Source: Raillietiella orientalis | Taxonomy: Eukaryota | Assembly (NCBI GenBank): GCA_036172245.1 | Contig: JAYWIR010000009.1 | Span: 434,001 to 498,000, forward strand | Direction: 5' to 3' | Length of the DNA stretch: 64,000 nucleotides | Shown: positions 12,530 to 26,879 of the stretch, piece by piece | How positions within the stretch are numbered: the stretch's first letter is position 1 | Layout: the number at the start of each line of letters is the position of its first letter | The notes under the pieces: generated by a model | Told to the model about the DNA's origin: nothing | The model's input: only the letters and a program-made list of their open reading frames with translations | Databases searched by the model: none | Program-made: the position numbers and the translations under genes

Positions 12530-12920
12530 TCTCCATCCCTTTTCTCATGGAAAAGGAATGGAGAAGTTTGGAAACAGTGCCCACAGTCGTTTGAAAGTCC
12601 CCTTGAACTTCACATTCAGATCGGGCCACTCCGTTGCCCTTCGCATGCAGGCGGTGACGATGGCAAGCGGTTTCTTGGTATGGCTGTCACCATCGCTCCC
12701 ACGGGACGGAGAATCTCCAGAGAGCAGGCAACCGGTAAGTCCGAAGATGTTGACACGTCCTTGGGCGAGTCCTGCAGACCAGCATGACCGAATCGAAGTG
12801 CCTCAACGATGCGCTTCCACCCCCGACCAGCCTCAAGCTCAAGCAGTGCTTGAGGCGGTGTCCCTGTGTTCACTGCGGTACCCTTTGGGCACTTTCCTTA
12901 CGCGGGCGTGGTGACATTCC
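12530..12920 (-). mobile_element. Partial third copy of the LINE 3' region at 16.8-17.2 kb and 54.0-54.3 kb
   Basis: Shares PPQALLE and AGRGWKRIVEALRFGHAGLQDSPKDVSTS with the other two copies but is more diverged. Confidence 0.85.
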
Positions 12921-15900
12921 TCATTCAAGAGGACAGCCCAGTGCATCAGCAAGTTCGTGGTCTGCTAATAAGGGAGAGAAAAGACGGAGGAGCCGACTAG
13001 GAAGCACGGGTTTTCGAAGTTCTCCCGAAGAATCCCCAGAGGTTCCATCCATCTTTAGGAAACAAGAGATAGGACTTTGGGAGTGGTCTCGTTCTCCAGG
13101 AGAGAGGTTCTTGACTGGTCAGTCGGCTTGGTGACCCCGAAGATATGGTAGATCACCTTCCACCCTACAGAAGCATCCTCTTCCTCCTAATGCCTACGAT
13201 GAAGTAATGTGTCGTGGCCGGGTGAAAATGAAATCTCCCTTCTGTATGCTTAGGAGATGAGGTGCTTCATGGTTCATCAAATATTCAGTACAGCAGGGAT
13301 ATATTGCTCCTCCTCTCCCCCATCAGGTGGAGAGTCGGTTTAGTCTGCTTCATTTTTGCAAGAGGGAAGCCATTATCTTCCCACCGTGAACTCATCAATA
13401 AAAGCAATCAGGGTGGAGGGACCGATGAAACGACTCTGAAATCTCAGCGGGAAGAGAGTGTTCTCATCACCGTCCAACCGCACCTGAGTGAGCAGCAACA
13501 AGGATGCTAATGAGATGGACACGAATGTATACGCTTCAGTTGCAAACGAGACATCAGTGATACGCTGCTTGCTCTCCATTCAGGGAAAAAGTGCGTTTCA
13601 TAGCACTTTTGAATGCAGATTTTTTAGAAGAGGAGCAGCTCAGCCATCAGCATGCCTCTTTGGAGCCACCATCAGCTTTGAGCAGCAAATGAAGGAGCAG
13701 TTTGTCGCGCGACTTAATGTGAAGCAGCCGAGTCCTTCTTAGTAAACCTCATTCATGGTGTACACGGGACAAGGGTCCAAACACAGTCAGAAGACACAAG
13801 AAAAGTTGTAAGCGGGAAGTTTGTGTCCGGAAGTAGAGGAAAGAAAGTAATCTGCAGATTGGTGCTCTTTTCTCCAGGCAGTCTGTTTGCAAACTTTCTT
13901 GGCGGAGAAGGACATTGGAAAGGTTCCAGATGGAAGTGGCTCAGCAGTCGTGAACACCACAGATCAGTCACGTTCCCGGTCCCATAGAGAATTCATAAGC
14001 CTGAGGCTATTCATCCTCACCTCTAGAACAACGCACAAACGTAGAAGGAAACATTATAATTTTTCAGGCGATTCTGAGATCCAGAGTGAATGGCCATGGG
14101 GGGGAAATGCATTTTCATCCTGCAGCATTGTATCCTAGCAACGCAACCGTTCATCACAAATAATGCAGATTTTTTTCGTCCCATTTTCCACCAAACGCAA
14201 GCTGCTAGCATCATTAAGCGCGTCGCTTAAAAAGCTTGGATTTAAACCAGTGCACTGTCACCATAAACACGAAATCGCCATAAATATAAAAGAATTCAAT
14301 TTGTACGCTTATCCTACTTCTGACCTTGCTCACTTCGCCGTTTAAAGACATCTGTTACACGGAGGAACAGTGAGGATTTGCAGCATCTGTGGAATTCACG
14401 TTATCAAAAGAGGAGGCTGGTAGCAAGCTCCTGAAAAATCGCTTCGATTGCAAGCTGGGCGTCGGTCTGAGGTCTGTGGACAGGTAGGATGGTGGAGATG
14501 GGTTCGTGCTTGAAGGACGACCATAAGCGAGCACCAGATGCACCAGCCGAACCGAGGCAAGTAGCAAGTGGCAGCAGGTCGGAATCAGGGCCCACCCTTG
14601 TTTTAGGAAAGAAGTGCGGACCAGCACATACCAGCGTTCGTCGTGCAAGCTTCTTCAGATGCTCCCACTGACTTCCGTGGATGCAATGCCACCGCCACAT
14701 CCATTTTCCTCAAGGGAAGCATGACGACACGCAGGCTAGGTAAAACGTGGAGAAGTCTCAGCCATTGCGAGCAAGGGAACACCTTTCCGTTTCCAGGAAA
14801 GCTCACAGGCAGCTGCCCTGTAAAATCACTGATACCTCAAAGATCCGGAATGCATTTCTCCTGCGTAAGAGACCAACACCGAGAGGAAAGGCAGCTGATT
14901 GTTTTCAGATCTTTCCCTGCAGGGTTTGAATTGCGCGCACTCTGTGTCCTCCCTACAAATGTACGTTCACGCCTCCATCCTGCGGATGGGTTCGAACCCG
15001 GAACGAAACGAAGGACACCAGGAAAAAAAGGCGACTGACAAACTCACATCCACCAACATAGTGGATGCCCTGGATCGCGGGACGTGTGCAGGAGCAGGGT
15101 AAGCTTTCCGCCAAAATCAGCGGGACGTTTCTCTCATGAGGAAAAGGTGCATCGCACTCATCACCGAAAGCAATGGTTCGTGAAGAAGCTGGCGAACGAG
15201 CTGAGTGAAGCAACATGAACCCTGCCCTATGAAGAGATTCCTCGAATTTTCCAGTCCATGTCATGCCCACTAACGCAACAAAATAGTGTATGTGTCACTT
15301 CGGAGGAACTGATGTAGGACAGTTTGGAAAGAATGGGAGTCCTTTACCAGAGTCAGCTCGGACTTGTGCTCCATTTGGGGACTATGATTCAAGACTTTTA
15401 TGGTGGATGAGATTGTTTCTTTCTGCTTGAGCACATTGCATGCGTTTTGAAAGAAGGAAACTGGGTCGAAGAATTGATTTCAACCCCGTTATAGCCTTCA
15501 GAGATGGAAGGGAACAGTTATCAACGCTAGAAAAGAGGATCTGAATGGCAGTTGAGCCATGCAGTTTCGCAGGTAAAAGATCTCTGAGGCACCATTTGAG
15601 TAGGCCTGCATTAAAGACGAGCACAAATGGAGGGGGAGCCATCACAGAAAATAAGTTCGAAAAGATATCCAGGTGGAAAACTTGAAGTTGGAGATGAGTA
15701 GAGGCATTGACTGCTGCTGTAGAAGGAAAAAATTCACGAACTTGAAATACGAAGCCGGAAAACTAAGACTTTGGTTGAAGAACGAAGTGCAGTGTCTCTC
15801 GCTAAAAGTTATGTTTAGAACGAAAGGAAGGAGCAAGTTGAAAACGAGGAGCATGCGAAGTGAATTACAGTAAGTCAGCAGTGGAGGGTTCATGGGATCA

Positions 15901-16089
15901 CAGACCTTCAGATGATTCTGAGGACCTTGGAGGCAGGAAAGTTGCAGGGAAAGCAGAGCAGGATGAATGGAAGGCGATCCTCCACGCGAGAATGGCAAAT
16001 CTCAAGGGAGTAACAGAAAGTCACGAAACAGAAATCGAAAGAACAGTCCACAAAGCAGACGCCGCTGAACAAGCCAAGCAAAAACAATT

Positions 16090-17210
16090 GTAACTCGGCC
16101 TTCCACACAGAAGGATGGGTGTTGTCAGATCTGAAGTACGGCTGAAGAGCCTGACTTCCCCCTAGTCGGAAACTTGGGTTACGTGTTCCTCCTCCTGCGA
16201 CCGGGAGAAGATGTAGGAATCGTATACAACCGCTCGTCCTTACGGCGAAACTGTGGAGGACCCACTGGCGTATCTTCTCTCGTTCCTTCTCACGAAGGAA
16301 GCCCTGCAAGAGGGACCCGCCTCGATTCTTTCACGGAATTGCTGGCGAGGTCCAGGTCCGTGTGACCTGCCGCTCTTAATCGCCTTGCTTCTGAAAAATC
16401 ATCAGTGGGTATTCCGCCTCCCGTCTCTTGGAAACGCGTGGCGGCAGCAGTTTTTAAGAAGCTTGGCAGCCGTGGTAAGAAATAAAACGCTCTCTCGAAG
16501 AGATACTCGACGACCCTCACCAGCTTCCCAGAACGTAGTGAAAGGTCTTCCAGGAGTCCACGAGTCCTTGATTGCGTCGAAAACAAAGGACGAGATGGTT
16601 GCTTTTGCAGGGTCGGTGGACATCTGCCGGCTAACCGGGGCAGGGAGGCGTGGCGAGCAGAGGGGTACGCGTGGCGAGGCCACGCCAAATGGCCCTGCTA
16701 ACCTCCCAAGGAGGTGGATGAATTATTCGGCATTTCCCGTGACAAGTTGACGATCCCGGACTTCCCGGTAGATGTCCCTGTTGCGTCCCGGCGTAGACAG
16801 CTATCTTGCTGGTGAACCGGGCTCTCCCCCGGAACGTCACCACACACCTGCGCAGGGAAAGTGCCCAAAGAGTACCGCAGGGACACCACCGCAAGCGCTG
16901 CTTGAATGCCAAAGGCTGGTCGGGGGTGGAAGCGCATCGTTGAGGCACTTCGATTCGGTCATGCTGGTCTGCAGGACTCGCCCAAGGACGTGTCAACATC
17001 CCCGGACTTCCCGGTTGCCTGCTCTCTGGAGATTCTCCGTCCCGTGGGAGCGATGGTGACAGCCATACCAAGAAACCGCTTGCCATCGTCACCGCCTGCA
17101 TGCGAAGGGCAGCGAAGTGGCACGATCTGGATGTGAAGTTCAAGGGGACCTTTTGACGATTGTGAGCAGTGTGTTGCGAAACTTCCCATTCTTTTTCCAT
17201 GCAAGGAAGC
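16090..17210 (+). mobile_element. Decayed LINE ORF2 3' part; core 16190-17160 is an inverted duplicate of 53978-54949
   Basis: Degenerate finger GKCPKSTAGTPPQALLEC. Identical multi-frame ORF translations occur on the opposite strand at 54 kb. Confidence 0.8.
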
Positions 17211-17249
17211 TCTACTCTGAGCACATGATTCGTTCTGCCGAAGTTCCGA

Positions 17250-17950
17250 TTTCTGCTCAATTCAGCCACAGCCTCTTGCTTCAGCGGTGTGACTGCTTCA
17301 GGTGCTCCAAGTTTTCTCTATTCTTCCGCGTAACAAATGCCACCCCTTGCTGCTTGGATCGGGTGAGATCATTTCGCCAATCAGCACGCACATAGCCATG
17401 GAGAAAAAGGCCTCTTTCCTCTGAAGGCGGAACTTCGTCTCCTACAGAACTGCCTCACTTCCTCGGTTGCACCAGGGGATCGTCATCCTGGCGATCGAGA
17501 TGGAAGTCCATCTCAGACGCAGAAACGCTACATCGGGTTTATGGGGATATCTTCCGAGTGTGAGAGTCGTATCTCCACGCGCTTCCATCCATAGCGATGC
17601 GCACCGACTCCTCCAGGATGTGAGGACAGTCAGTCCTCAAGTCCCTCGTCATAGTATACTAATGACCATGGGTTTCCAATGCATAAAAGGGACCGTCGTC
17701 TTCTACTTGCGGAGCTGAAGCACGGGAGTAGCACAAAGGGAATGCTCCCAGTTTTTCTTGGCGGAGGTCCGTCGGGTGCTCTGAGCAAAACAGTCCTTGC
17801 ACCCGCGTCCTCGTAGTGGCCACGCGATGTCTCATCGTCTGCATCTCTTCCTGAAACGCCAGTCAGCACCGTTTGATCGACTAGGGCGGCAAACAAGGTC
17901 TCATCTTCGAGACAAAACGCGCTCGCGCATGCAAAAAAAAAGAGGGGATG
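17250..17950 (-). mobile_element. Decayed non-LTR RT fragment
   Basis: ETLFAALV, GRDADDET (YADD-like) and LTSWRSRCASL (thumb W..R.LSL-like) in order. Confidence 0.55.
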
Positions 17951-20639
17951 CATTTACGCCTTGCAGCTTCCGGTGGGTAGAGTAGATTTGGCAGCGTATC
18001 AACGAAAGAGGATGCTGGAAAGATGTGTTCGAACTTTCAGGTCATCCTCAATAAATAGGAAGAAAATTGGGAAGAACTGTAGATAAGTCTCTAGATCAAG
18101 ATCCAAACCTCGTATACATCCGTATCGAATCTGTATTTATCGACTACGTGATTGTATATGTGCAGAATTGCATCCGCGTGCAGGTATCCGTACACACAGG
18201 TGTCCTCATGGATGCAGCTGTGCCTCACTTGGCGTCTTTACACTCCCAGATGTGTTGTGTTTCTGGCAAAGCGCTAATGTTTCGACTGCAGCATAAGTGT
18301 GCAGACCACAGCTGGTCATTTATTTAAAGTGGTGTTGTGCACCGAAGAGCCCATAAAACAAGGGTGGCAGGTAGGGTCCAAATCTTGATTTCAGCTTCCG
18401 GGCACTTAGATAACCGAAATGCAAAATAGACTTTCGGAACACTGTAAGTCGGCTGTTGCTTCTGGAGATTATAAATCGTATATGGAATGCAAGCGGTGCG
18501 ATGGTCCAAACAGAGATTCTATCACCTAAAGTTATTTGCGAACACGTCCTAACACGAGAAGAGAGTAAGGACTCTGTGAATCCGCATTTTGCAAGGTAGG
18601 ATGCTCATTGGTTCATTCGTTCATCGGCTTCTCACAAACAGCCTCTAAAACAGCTCCATGGCTACGAGTCTTGGGTGATGAGAATCCCACCTTGTTTGCC
18701 TGCTTCATCAGTGGTAGGAAGCATGGAGCTGGGTTTCATGACCACTAATTGTAACCATGACACTCAATCTTAAATTTAAGGGATTTTGGGGTTGCTCATC
18801 TGTGTAGAGAGCTTTACAAAAGAGTGGATGGCAATCAAGATTCCAGGCATTCTTAGAGTCGTCATCTCTCCCATAGTTACACTATGAGCTCCATTCATCC
18901 CACTGTCTATAATCTATTCTCCCATCCGGCATGAATTACTGCCCCCCTACCCCCGTCCCATCAATAAGAAAGCCCATCCTCTTAAACACTGTATGACATG
19001 ACACGTCAGTTGCCCATGAAACTCATCTGGATGCATGAGGCCTTTCTACAAAACAACTCGAAATGCCTAATCTATCCTAACACCACCTATCTTCATTTAC
19101 AGTAATCATGGAAAGTGGAATGACCGTAGAATCTCCATCACCATGAAAACCCCTATCAGATACAAATGATGCTGAATTACAGACTCGAAAGGTTGCAGTG
19201 GAAAAATGGATCTTGTTGGTCAAGAATCAATAGAGGCGACCAACGGGCAACTTCTAAATCCGTTTTACTTGTTTGCTTTTAAGAAATGCAGGACACACTC
19301 GACAGGACACCTTCAGAAGCACAGAAAAGAAAGCGGCATGCATGGAAACGTGGAACAGAAACCGGTCGAGAAATCTGTAGCTCCCCTGTTTGGAAATGCC
19401 TCGCAAGAACTCGGGACAAGAAACGTCGGGATTCGGCAGATACTTATTTTGTGGGACCGAGCATGGCTTTTTGAAGGACACTTCTTCCCATTGAGCCACA
19501 CTCATTTATGACAGTTTACACGTACCAGAGAGAATAATTCAGGAAATGAAAAAAAAAAAAAAGGCAGACCTACGAAACCTATTTTAAGCTCTGCGATCTC
19601 GTACTTGCATTTCATAGGCACACACGCTGCAACGAGTTCGATATAAAGTGTACTTCTTGTGACCTCGCATCTCCTAGTTTTGAACACATTGAGATGCAGT
19701 TTTCGAAGCGTCTCCTCATTTTCGCTGCCGTGCTGAGCCTTCAGGGAATGCCAGTGTGCCTTTTATTTCTGGCATTCATAGCGAGAGTTGCGTCACAGTT
19801 CCCATTGCACCCCTTCTCTGGAAGGAAAAGGGAAGCGTAGGAAACAGGAAGCAGCCTAAAGTTGGAATTATCAGACTGATTGATCTTTGTCAGAGAAGAG
19901 AAAATGTCGTGGAGCCTTGCATGAATATTTTTAGGGCTTTCCTCCTGATGGAGCTCGGTCCTTTTTATACAGGTATCCCTAGAGGATCGCTTTTCTAAAA
20001 TGGCTCTAATTTTCTAGAGATCCACTCGTGGGAAAGAGGCTCCGTCGGAACCAAGTTTCCCTCGATCCTTTTAGTTTCCCTACTTGCTCAAAATGAATTT
20101 CCAGGAAGGAGGAGACAGAAGCAAGAAGTCATCAAAGGGATTTATCACCAATGAAAACACACCGACATCCCTCATCAGAAGTGTGAGACCTGCAAAAAAA
20201 CAAAAGAGAAAATTCCATGCGCCTGAGGTTCCGAAAGTTCAAGAAGTTTCCAGAAAGGTTTCTGGGGCTCCAGAAGAACTCAGAGACGCGGAAGTAGAGG
20301 TTCGCCGGAGGCAGGGAAGGAAAGATCCAGAAGACAGCTCTGTTCAGCCAGATCGGCCATGTGCAAGCAGGTGAGAAATCCGACCTTTCAACCCGTGCAG
20401 CGAAGCTCCTCTAGTCAGAGGATGGTGCCCCTAACAAAAACCGAATCCTTCTGCTTTGCAAGAGTGTACATGACCAAGTGGGAGCTCGAGCTCACGAAAT
20501 CTGCACCACTGTAAGAACTGCGGTCGCTCATCATTTAGATAACACTGCAGTGTTTCTTCACGCTTTGGTGTACTGGGAATGGGGGGGGGGGGGAATGACT
20601 CGCATTTATTGATGAATGCGCAGTTCTTTTTCATTGTGA

Positions 20640-21350
20640 GCTGCTTTGCTGTGATTTGAGTATGCGATAAGAGAGATGAAGAAACACCCTGCAGGCGGTA
20701 TCGGTGTCACGCGACCTCGTTGTCAAATGATGAAGCTGTCTCAAAGTACTCGACATTTGATGACCAATGTGATGCAAGCAGGAAGCGTTTAGGAAGGTCA
20801 TTGGGAGGAAGGAGTCAACAAAAGGCATAATAATGGCATCACACGCTGTTCCTTTCCGTGTCCATGAGGCATTCCGTGCAATGTTCGTAGGGCCATAGGT
20901 CTCCTGGGACATTAAGAACAGCTACGCTCTGCAAGAGCGGAAAATTAGCAAGCTGCTGGTGTTGTTCTCTATCCAACACATCTGGGATATCTTCCGAAGC
21001 TACCAGTGCTACTGGTAGCTTCGGAAGAAGGCATGGTCAAAATTCTGAAAGAGACCAGCAGGCGTTAGACCCGTGCAAACTGAAATTCAAGACCAAATGC
21101 TGACTTGGTCCCCGGTCCTTTGAAAAAAAGTAAGGCTTCAAAGGGAATGAGTCCTCTCCATCAGATCCTCGCTCCAACAAGAAACATCCCCCCTAACTTT
21201 TAAACATCCGTTGTGGACCAGCCCATAAATGATCATCACAAAGTCAAGAAAGCACTGGGAGCTCTAGAGAATCTCTAAAGTCACTGTTAAGAGACTAAAG
21301 AAGTTCCAAGGCTGGAGGTTCTCTGGAGCGCATGCATCCGCGGTTTCCTG
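20640..21350 (-). mobile_element. Highly decayed RT fragment
   Basis: FQNFDHAFF, FLPMTFLN and SSFDNEV loosely follow RT motif order; weak. Confidence 0.35.
20990..21028. repeat. Perfect 18-bp inverted repeat with 3-nt loop
   Basis: TCTTCCGAAGCTACCAGT-GCT-ACTGGTAGCTTCGGAAGA. Confidence 0.95.
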
Positions 21351-21599
21351 GAGCCTTTGCTCCTTGTTGTCCCCCAAGAATTCAGCTCCGTGCTCTTCCT
21401 TAAGTGGCAGGACTCGGCGCTGCAGCCGTTGCACTTAGCTCTTCCCTGCAATGTTCACCGGCATCATGGTCACTCGGTGATCCGGTGATGCCGGGAAGTG
21501 ATTTCGCGAAGAGAAAAATAAACAGACAAAGTAGAGCATCGGTCCTACTAGACCTTACGAGCTCAAGAGGGAAGGATGGACCACCTGCTCGCAGATGAA

Positions 21600-23150
21600 A
21601 GGAGCCCCAGAATGGGGAAAGGGAGGAGACAAAAAATAAAGGGGGAAGGAAGGGCAGGGATCACCTCCCGAACTCACCGAGCCCTGTGAAGCCTCTAGGT
21701 GATGTGTGGCGGTGTCCTCCTTAGCTTCTTTCTTCAGATATAGCCGGATTCCCCATCACTTAGGAGACAAGGAGTATGCCCTTCGGTCCTTGCCGGCGCT
21801 CTCCCTCCGCATATTAAGGTGGACCTCCTGACGCAGTTCAGGGTTGGGCGATCGGAAGACAGGCGAATGCATGCCACGTGTAGAGCAGCGCCGCATCAGC
21901 TCCTCCTCGCAGGTGCCCTCGGGGTGAAGGCTGGGCGGCGGTGACACCTTTCCCGACGCCACGAATTCAGAGTCAGGCGAAGGACCGTGTACACTTCCCC
22001 TCCACTCCTGGCACACTTCAGGGCACGTTCGCCCTCGTCCGGCGATGCCCCCGCTGGCCTCACGAGAAGCTACGGTGCGCCAAGAGCAGAGCTGCGATCC
22101 GAGGCGGAACTCGGAGCTCACCGTCGACGACGGCAGCATGGCGTAATCCTAGGGCAGGATTTCCGGAGAATCCCCCTCGCAGCAGAGCAATTCTTTTGCA
22201 TGGTCGCCAGTGTCGCCACGTCGACCAACAGACCCTCGACTACCCCTCTCGAGTTTCACCACTCCTGCCACGTAGCATCGGATCTTTCATCGACTCTTGA
22301 CAGCTGTCGCTCCTCTCGCATGGGGAGGACAGAGCTGAGGCTAGAGCAGTGGTCGTCTTATTTTCTCCAAGGAGACTGCGCTCAGGCTGTGGATAAGACC
22401 CATCCTGGTGACGTTGGTCTTCGCAATGAGAATTCAGCTGGCTCCTGCCTTATGCCACCGTGCGGTGTAGTTTGCTTCAGAAGATCCATTGATTTTCTTC
22501 TCACATGGAGGCTGTTTGCTCAATGTGCTCCTAACTTTGCCAAGTATGGTGAAGTCGAGTCCTCCCCTGACCTGGTAGTGAAGGTGTGTTGACTTCCAGG
22601 ATGTATGGGAATGTTTTGCTGCTGCACTCTGATTCCTGCTGGACGACCCGAAGAATGCTCCCTGTCATGTGCGGCGTAATACTGAAATACCCTGTCGCCT
22701 ATGTGAAATGGTGGCAACAAGGAGCAACTCCAGAAGTTGTCAGACCAACAAGGACTCTATCCCCATCACGTCTTCTCTTATTAAGGTGGCAAGCTGGACG
22801 CATCTGTGATGCCGCAGGAACACACTCGCCACAGCATCCTTGACGAGATGCAGAGGATGCCAGGCAGTCTGCTGTAATATCTTCTCCGTTCTACTCGTTT
22901 TTTTCCTGCGCGGGCCTCTCTGAGCTGTCTGCTTGAGCCTAGAGGCGCCTCTTGGACTCGGACTGATGTCATCGGAGCTGGTAGAGACAAGCAAAAAAAA
23001 AAACGATGGAAGTGGGCAAGAAAACATGGGCGTAATCAAGATCGGCACCCATAGTTGACCTAATTCTCTTAAGCTTCCCCTATCCTGATTAGAGAGAGTG
23101 TAGGGGTACAGAAGACTTGCACTTGGCATCCTGAGACAGGAGACACACTC
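21600..23150 (-). mobile_element. Decayed LINE ORF2 from RT to C-terminus
   Basis: TSSDDI (YADD-like), SLPGQGR and VLPMREE thumb-like motifs, RTCPEVC...SVH finger remnant, then a pyrimidine-rich UTR at 21600-21660. Confidence 0.55.
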
Positions 23151-24782
23151 CGGCAGGTTACCCGAGTACCATCATTTTGAAATGCCAGGACGAGCACTGT
23201 TGGACCTTAGATAGCTATGCACTTGGAGATCCATACACTGAGCTGCTGCTTCGGCGCATTGAGCAGCCGGTTTCCTAAAGAGACGGTGGTTGTTTCCTCT
23301 CCACTAGTGCTTATGTTTCATGTTTTTTTTTTGTGCCACGGATGCTCATGTTTATCTTCTTGGAAAACATGAGCAGCCACTGTTGCCGGACTGATCACCG
23401 ACTCTCACCAGCCAAACGGAAAAAGCGATCATACTTTTCGAAGTACTGTTTTTCTAAAAGGGCATTTTTGGGACAAAACTTTTCTCCATTTGAACTGAGC
23501 TTTCACAAGATGTGAACAGAAAGAGAGCACGCTGTTGTCCGCAGTTCCTTGCTGTGGCGAGTCAAAGGATAAAAGTGAAATTTCAGCTCCAAAATGGCGA
23601 TCTCACTTTCGGGTCAAGCCAGGCAGCATGACAAGGTCGTGACGTCTCAGCAAGAAAATTCGTCTTTCACAGCCTCTGGTCTGTTGGGAGGTTTAGGATA
23701 GGGATTGACTCATCTTCTGGACAGCTGAGAAATCTTCACAGAAGAAGAGTCTTTGTCGCTGCATTCAGTGACAGGCTCGTCAGGACCTTCCTACTTCAGG
23801 CTGTCTTGTGTGTTTGGAAAATTGGGAAGGAGCCTGAGAGAAGCACGTGTGACTCAGGGACCACCATCCCCATGTGGATGAGTAATGTTCTCTCTAACTT
23901 CTCGAGTGCATCACATCTCCTTTCAGCTCTGGAACCCCCAAGTTACCCCCAAGTTTTGTAAATTTCTTTCTTGGATCAAGACCATGCCACCGGGATCACA
24001 AAGTTTTTTTCTTCAGATAGTTTGGGCACAAGTTTTTATGGAGAGCGTGGAACATGGCAGCGAAATCGTCATCGATTAAGCAAAAGAAGAAGACATTGAT
24101 GAGAGAAAAAAGATAAAAAAAAAGCAGCGTCTCAGGTGATAAATGGTCCAGGAAAAAAATAGCGAACAAATGCACCTGGAACCTCTCATCTGCCTACCGG
24201 GGAGGAGGATAAGAATGACCTCACTAGTTATGTAAACTCGCTGAGTTACCTTGGGAGATGGACAAGCAGGAAGATTCCGCCCTCAGTTTGCTCTTACGCT
24301 GAGGACGAGATCCAACGACGATAAGAGCTGTAAGAGAATAAGATGCTATGCGTGAGACTCTTAGGAAGACAAACCCCGAATGAAGTTTGGGAAGAAGGGC
24401 ATCACATGCTGCATGTCACGGCACTGGCTGTGAAGCTGCAACCTCATGGTGTTAGATGCGTCTTTCAGACGGTCTCCTTGCACAGTTCTAGAGGCCGTTC
24501 CAAAGAGCCACCTATGGTTGTTTACTTCCCATTTCACACCTTCCACAGAAGCAGCTCGATAGCCACCAATCGTCGCATCTGGGCGCCTCTCAGAACTCCC
24601 AGTTGTAGGGGTACCTACCTCACAGATTCTGCATCAAGTCAGCCTAAAAAGCACAAATTTCAAAAAGCTGAAGAATCCAAGCGACAAACAGTGAAAGACA
24701 CAGTGAGGAACCATAGAGGAACAGCTGCAAGCGAGCGTTGATTACGATGAGAGACAAGTGACGAGATTTTGTCTCCGAAACA

Positions 24783-25237
24783 CTGGGAGCTGGTGGACAC
24801 CAACCAGGTCATTCCAATAACAGGCTGAGATTTAACCTCGTGCTCCAGGGACAAGGCAAGTACTCGCACTGGACAATGATTACCAGCACGAATGCTCCTC
24901 AACGGCGTTGCAAAAGGCAAGGAACAAGAATGACAGCCAAGCATTGAGGATCGGCTCCAAAGAAGCGCCCGCTAGAGCAATATCAGTCAAGTGGTGCGTT
25001 CTTGAGACCGTGCAGATCAGAGGTGTGGGATCGAGGAAATGATGGGGTGCTGAGAGGGCTGAAAAGCAGACGAAGTCCATCAGGAAAGAAAGGGTGCACG
25101 GGAATATCCAGTACTCCCGGGATGCGTTCTGGAAGCGTCGGACGGGGCATTGCCCGTGATGGAATGACAGGGCAAGCTAAGAAGACAGCAGTCAAACGGT
25201 GGAAACCCTCCTCTCCGCCTGTTTGTTCCCCCCTTTT
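24783..25237 (+). repeat. Direct repeat copy 1 (likely LINE 3' end), paired with 51606-51965
   Basis: Near-identical sequence and ORF translations (RPCRSEVWDRGNDGVLRG...). The HGNIQYSRDAFWKR terminus is echoed at about 13270. Confidence 0.85.
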
Positions 25238-25999
25238 CCTGACATTATTCTGCGTACGAAAGCAAGGAATGCTCTACTAGGCATCTGAACATCATTTTTG
25301 TATGTGTGACACCAAAATTGAGAGATATCAGGATGTAGGAGGAAGGAGCGAAAATGCAGTTCCAAAGATGGACGCTAGCCTCAGAAAAAAAGATTTCCAC
25401 GATGAATTGGTTAAAGCTGATAGCTCGAAGCTTTCTGATTCTAGTTATAGAAGTAAACTGATCTTCTTTCCAAAATAGCAGAGCGCATGGGAAGACAAGC
25501 TGCAAAAACAGAAGATAGGATGCAGACCATGCTTATGGATTTTTGACCATTACATCAGATTCAGCAGTTCAAAATGATGCTATCTTTTCCATAGCATCCT
25601 TCCTTCCGTCCTAACAACCGAATAGCTAATTATTATATGACCGCGGTATGTCCATAGCACGTGCATTAAATCGATGAAAGAGAAATGATAATTAAATCCA
25701 TTCCACGCCATAATTAACTTCATTGTGCACAATCTGTCAGCAGTATATTTCATACCTTGAAGTCAATCTTAAAATAGCCACGTGCCCGTAAATTAGCCAA
25801 GAATCCATATTGCATGCTTTCAATCCTGAGTTCCCAGTGGGATAACTGCAGTTTTGCCAGAAAAGCAAACCCATCCCACTTCCTTACCAAGGATTACAGT
25901 TACCAGTATGCCAGCACGAGATAAGACTCAACTACATGATGCCCCGCACAGCACCAAACTCTTCATAGCACTGGAGATTTCGTGTGCGACTCCCAAAGA

Positions 26000-26676
26000 A
26001 CTTGCAATTCCTCCTTTGTGATTGGACACTTCGGTGTTCACCTTGAAGCAGAAGCAGGATGCCCTGGACTGGGGTTTCCAGAGCGATCATAGCAGGCGCC
26101 TCGTTACAGAAAGCTCAGCATCCCCCAGATGCGGTGCGCGCCGATGGAATCATTCCCGCACCTATGGCAGCACCTATGGTTCGTTGGACTATGGCGACCT
26201 CCAGTAGGTTCGGCGGAGTCTGCCTTCAGCGCTCCTGCATCCTGAGAACACTGCCCAGATGCAGGGATTCTCCGTGCATGGCTGACTGTCGACAAACGCT
26301 CTGAGTGCAACGTTGCATCCGCCCCATCGAACAGATCGCCATGTGCTGGAGTCTCGGGCTCAGAGAAGGAGAGGCACCTGCACGACAGCCACTTACGTGA
26401 GGACGGCTGCGAGGTGGTCGCACCTAGACGAAGTCAAGGTGGAGATCGCCGGCACTCTGCGCCGGTACCGAGCACGAAGGAGCGGCGAGTGCCATGCCAC
26501 AATCTTTATTTATTATCCCCTTCCCTTCCTCTTCGGGTCGCCTCAGTAAGCATCCTGCGCGTCGGTGAACCCTCTCTTTACCTTCTTTTTTCCCCCTTGT
26601 TTCGGGAGCTGCGTTCCCGACGTGCTTTTGTTCAAGTTCTAAAAAAAAAACGCCCCAGAGTGACCTGTGAAAGACT
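26000..26676 (+). mobile_element. Family A LINE 3' fragment
   Basis: RCGA...MESFPHL, YVRTAARWSHLDEVKVEIAGTLRRYRARRS and degenerate terminal CCCCAGAGTGACCTGTGAAAGACT. Confidence 0.8.
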
Positions 26677-26879
26677 TACCGTAGCATCAAGACACCACGG
26701 CCTTAATGATGAATATCAGTTTGTATTTGATGACACTCCGATAGAAAACATACCCACACGGAGCACACTCTAGTTCCACATCTTTCTTGCAGCGCATCCT
26801 CTATCACCCTCCATTCAGTTTATCACGTACGATCTCGTGCTGCGAAACAAGGAAACTCATAATTATCAACTTCAAGATG

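Noticed and set aside
14989..14999. B-box-like GGTTCGAACCC as a tRNA or SINE
   Set aside because: No A box or cloverleaf upstream.
18100..18230. Possible host exon (minus-strand IHEDTCVYGYLHADAILHIYNHVVDKYRFDTDVYE)
   Set aside because: Weak splice signals, no partner exons, and the DNA resembles a decayed ATAC/GTAT-type simple repeat.
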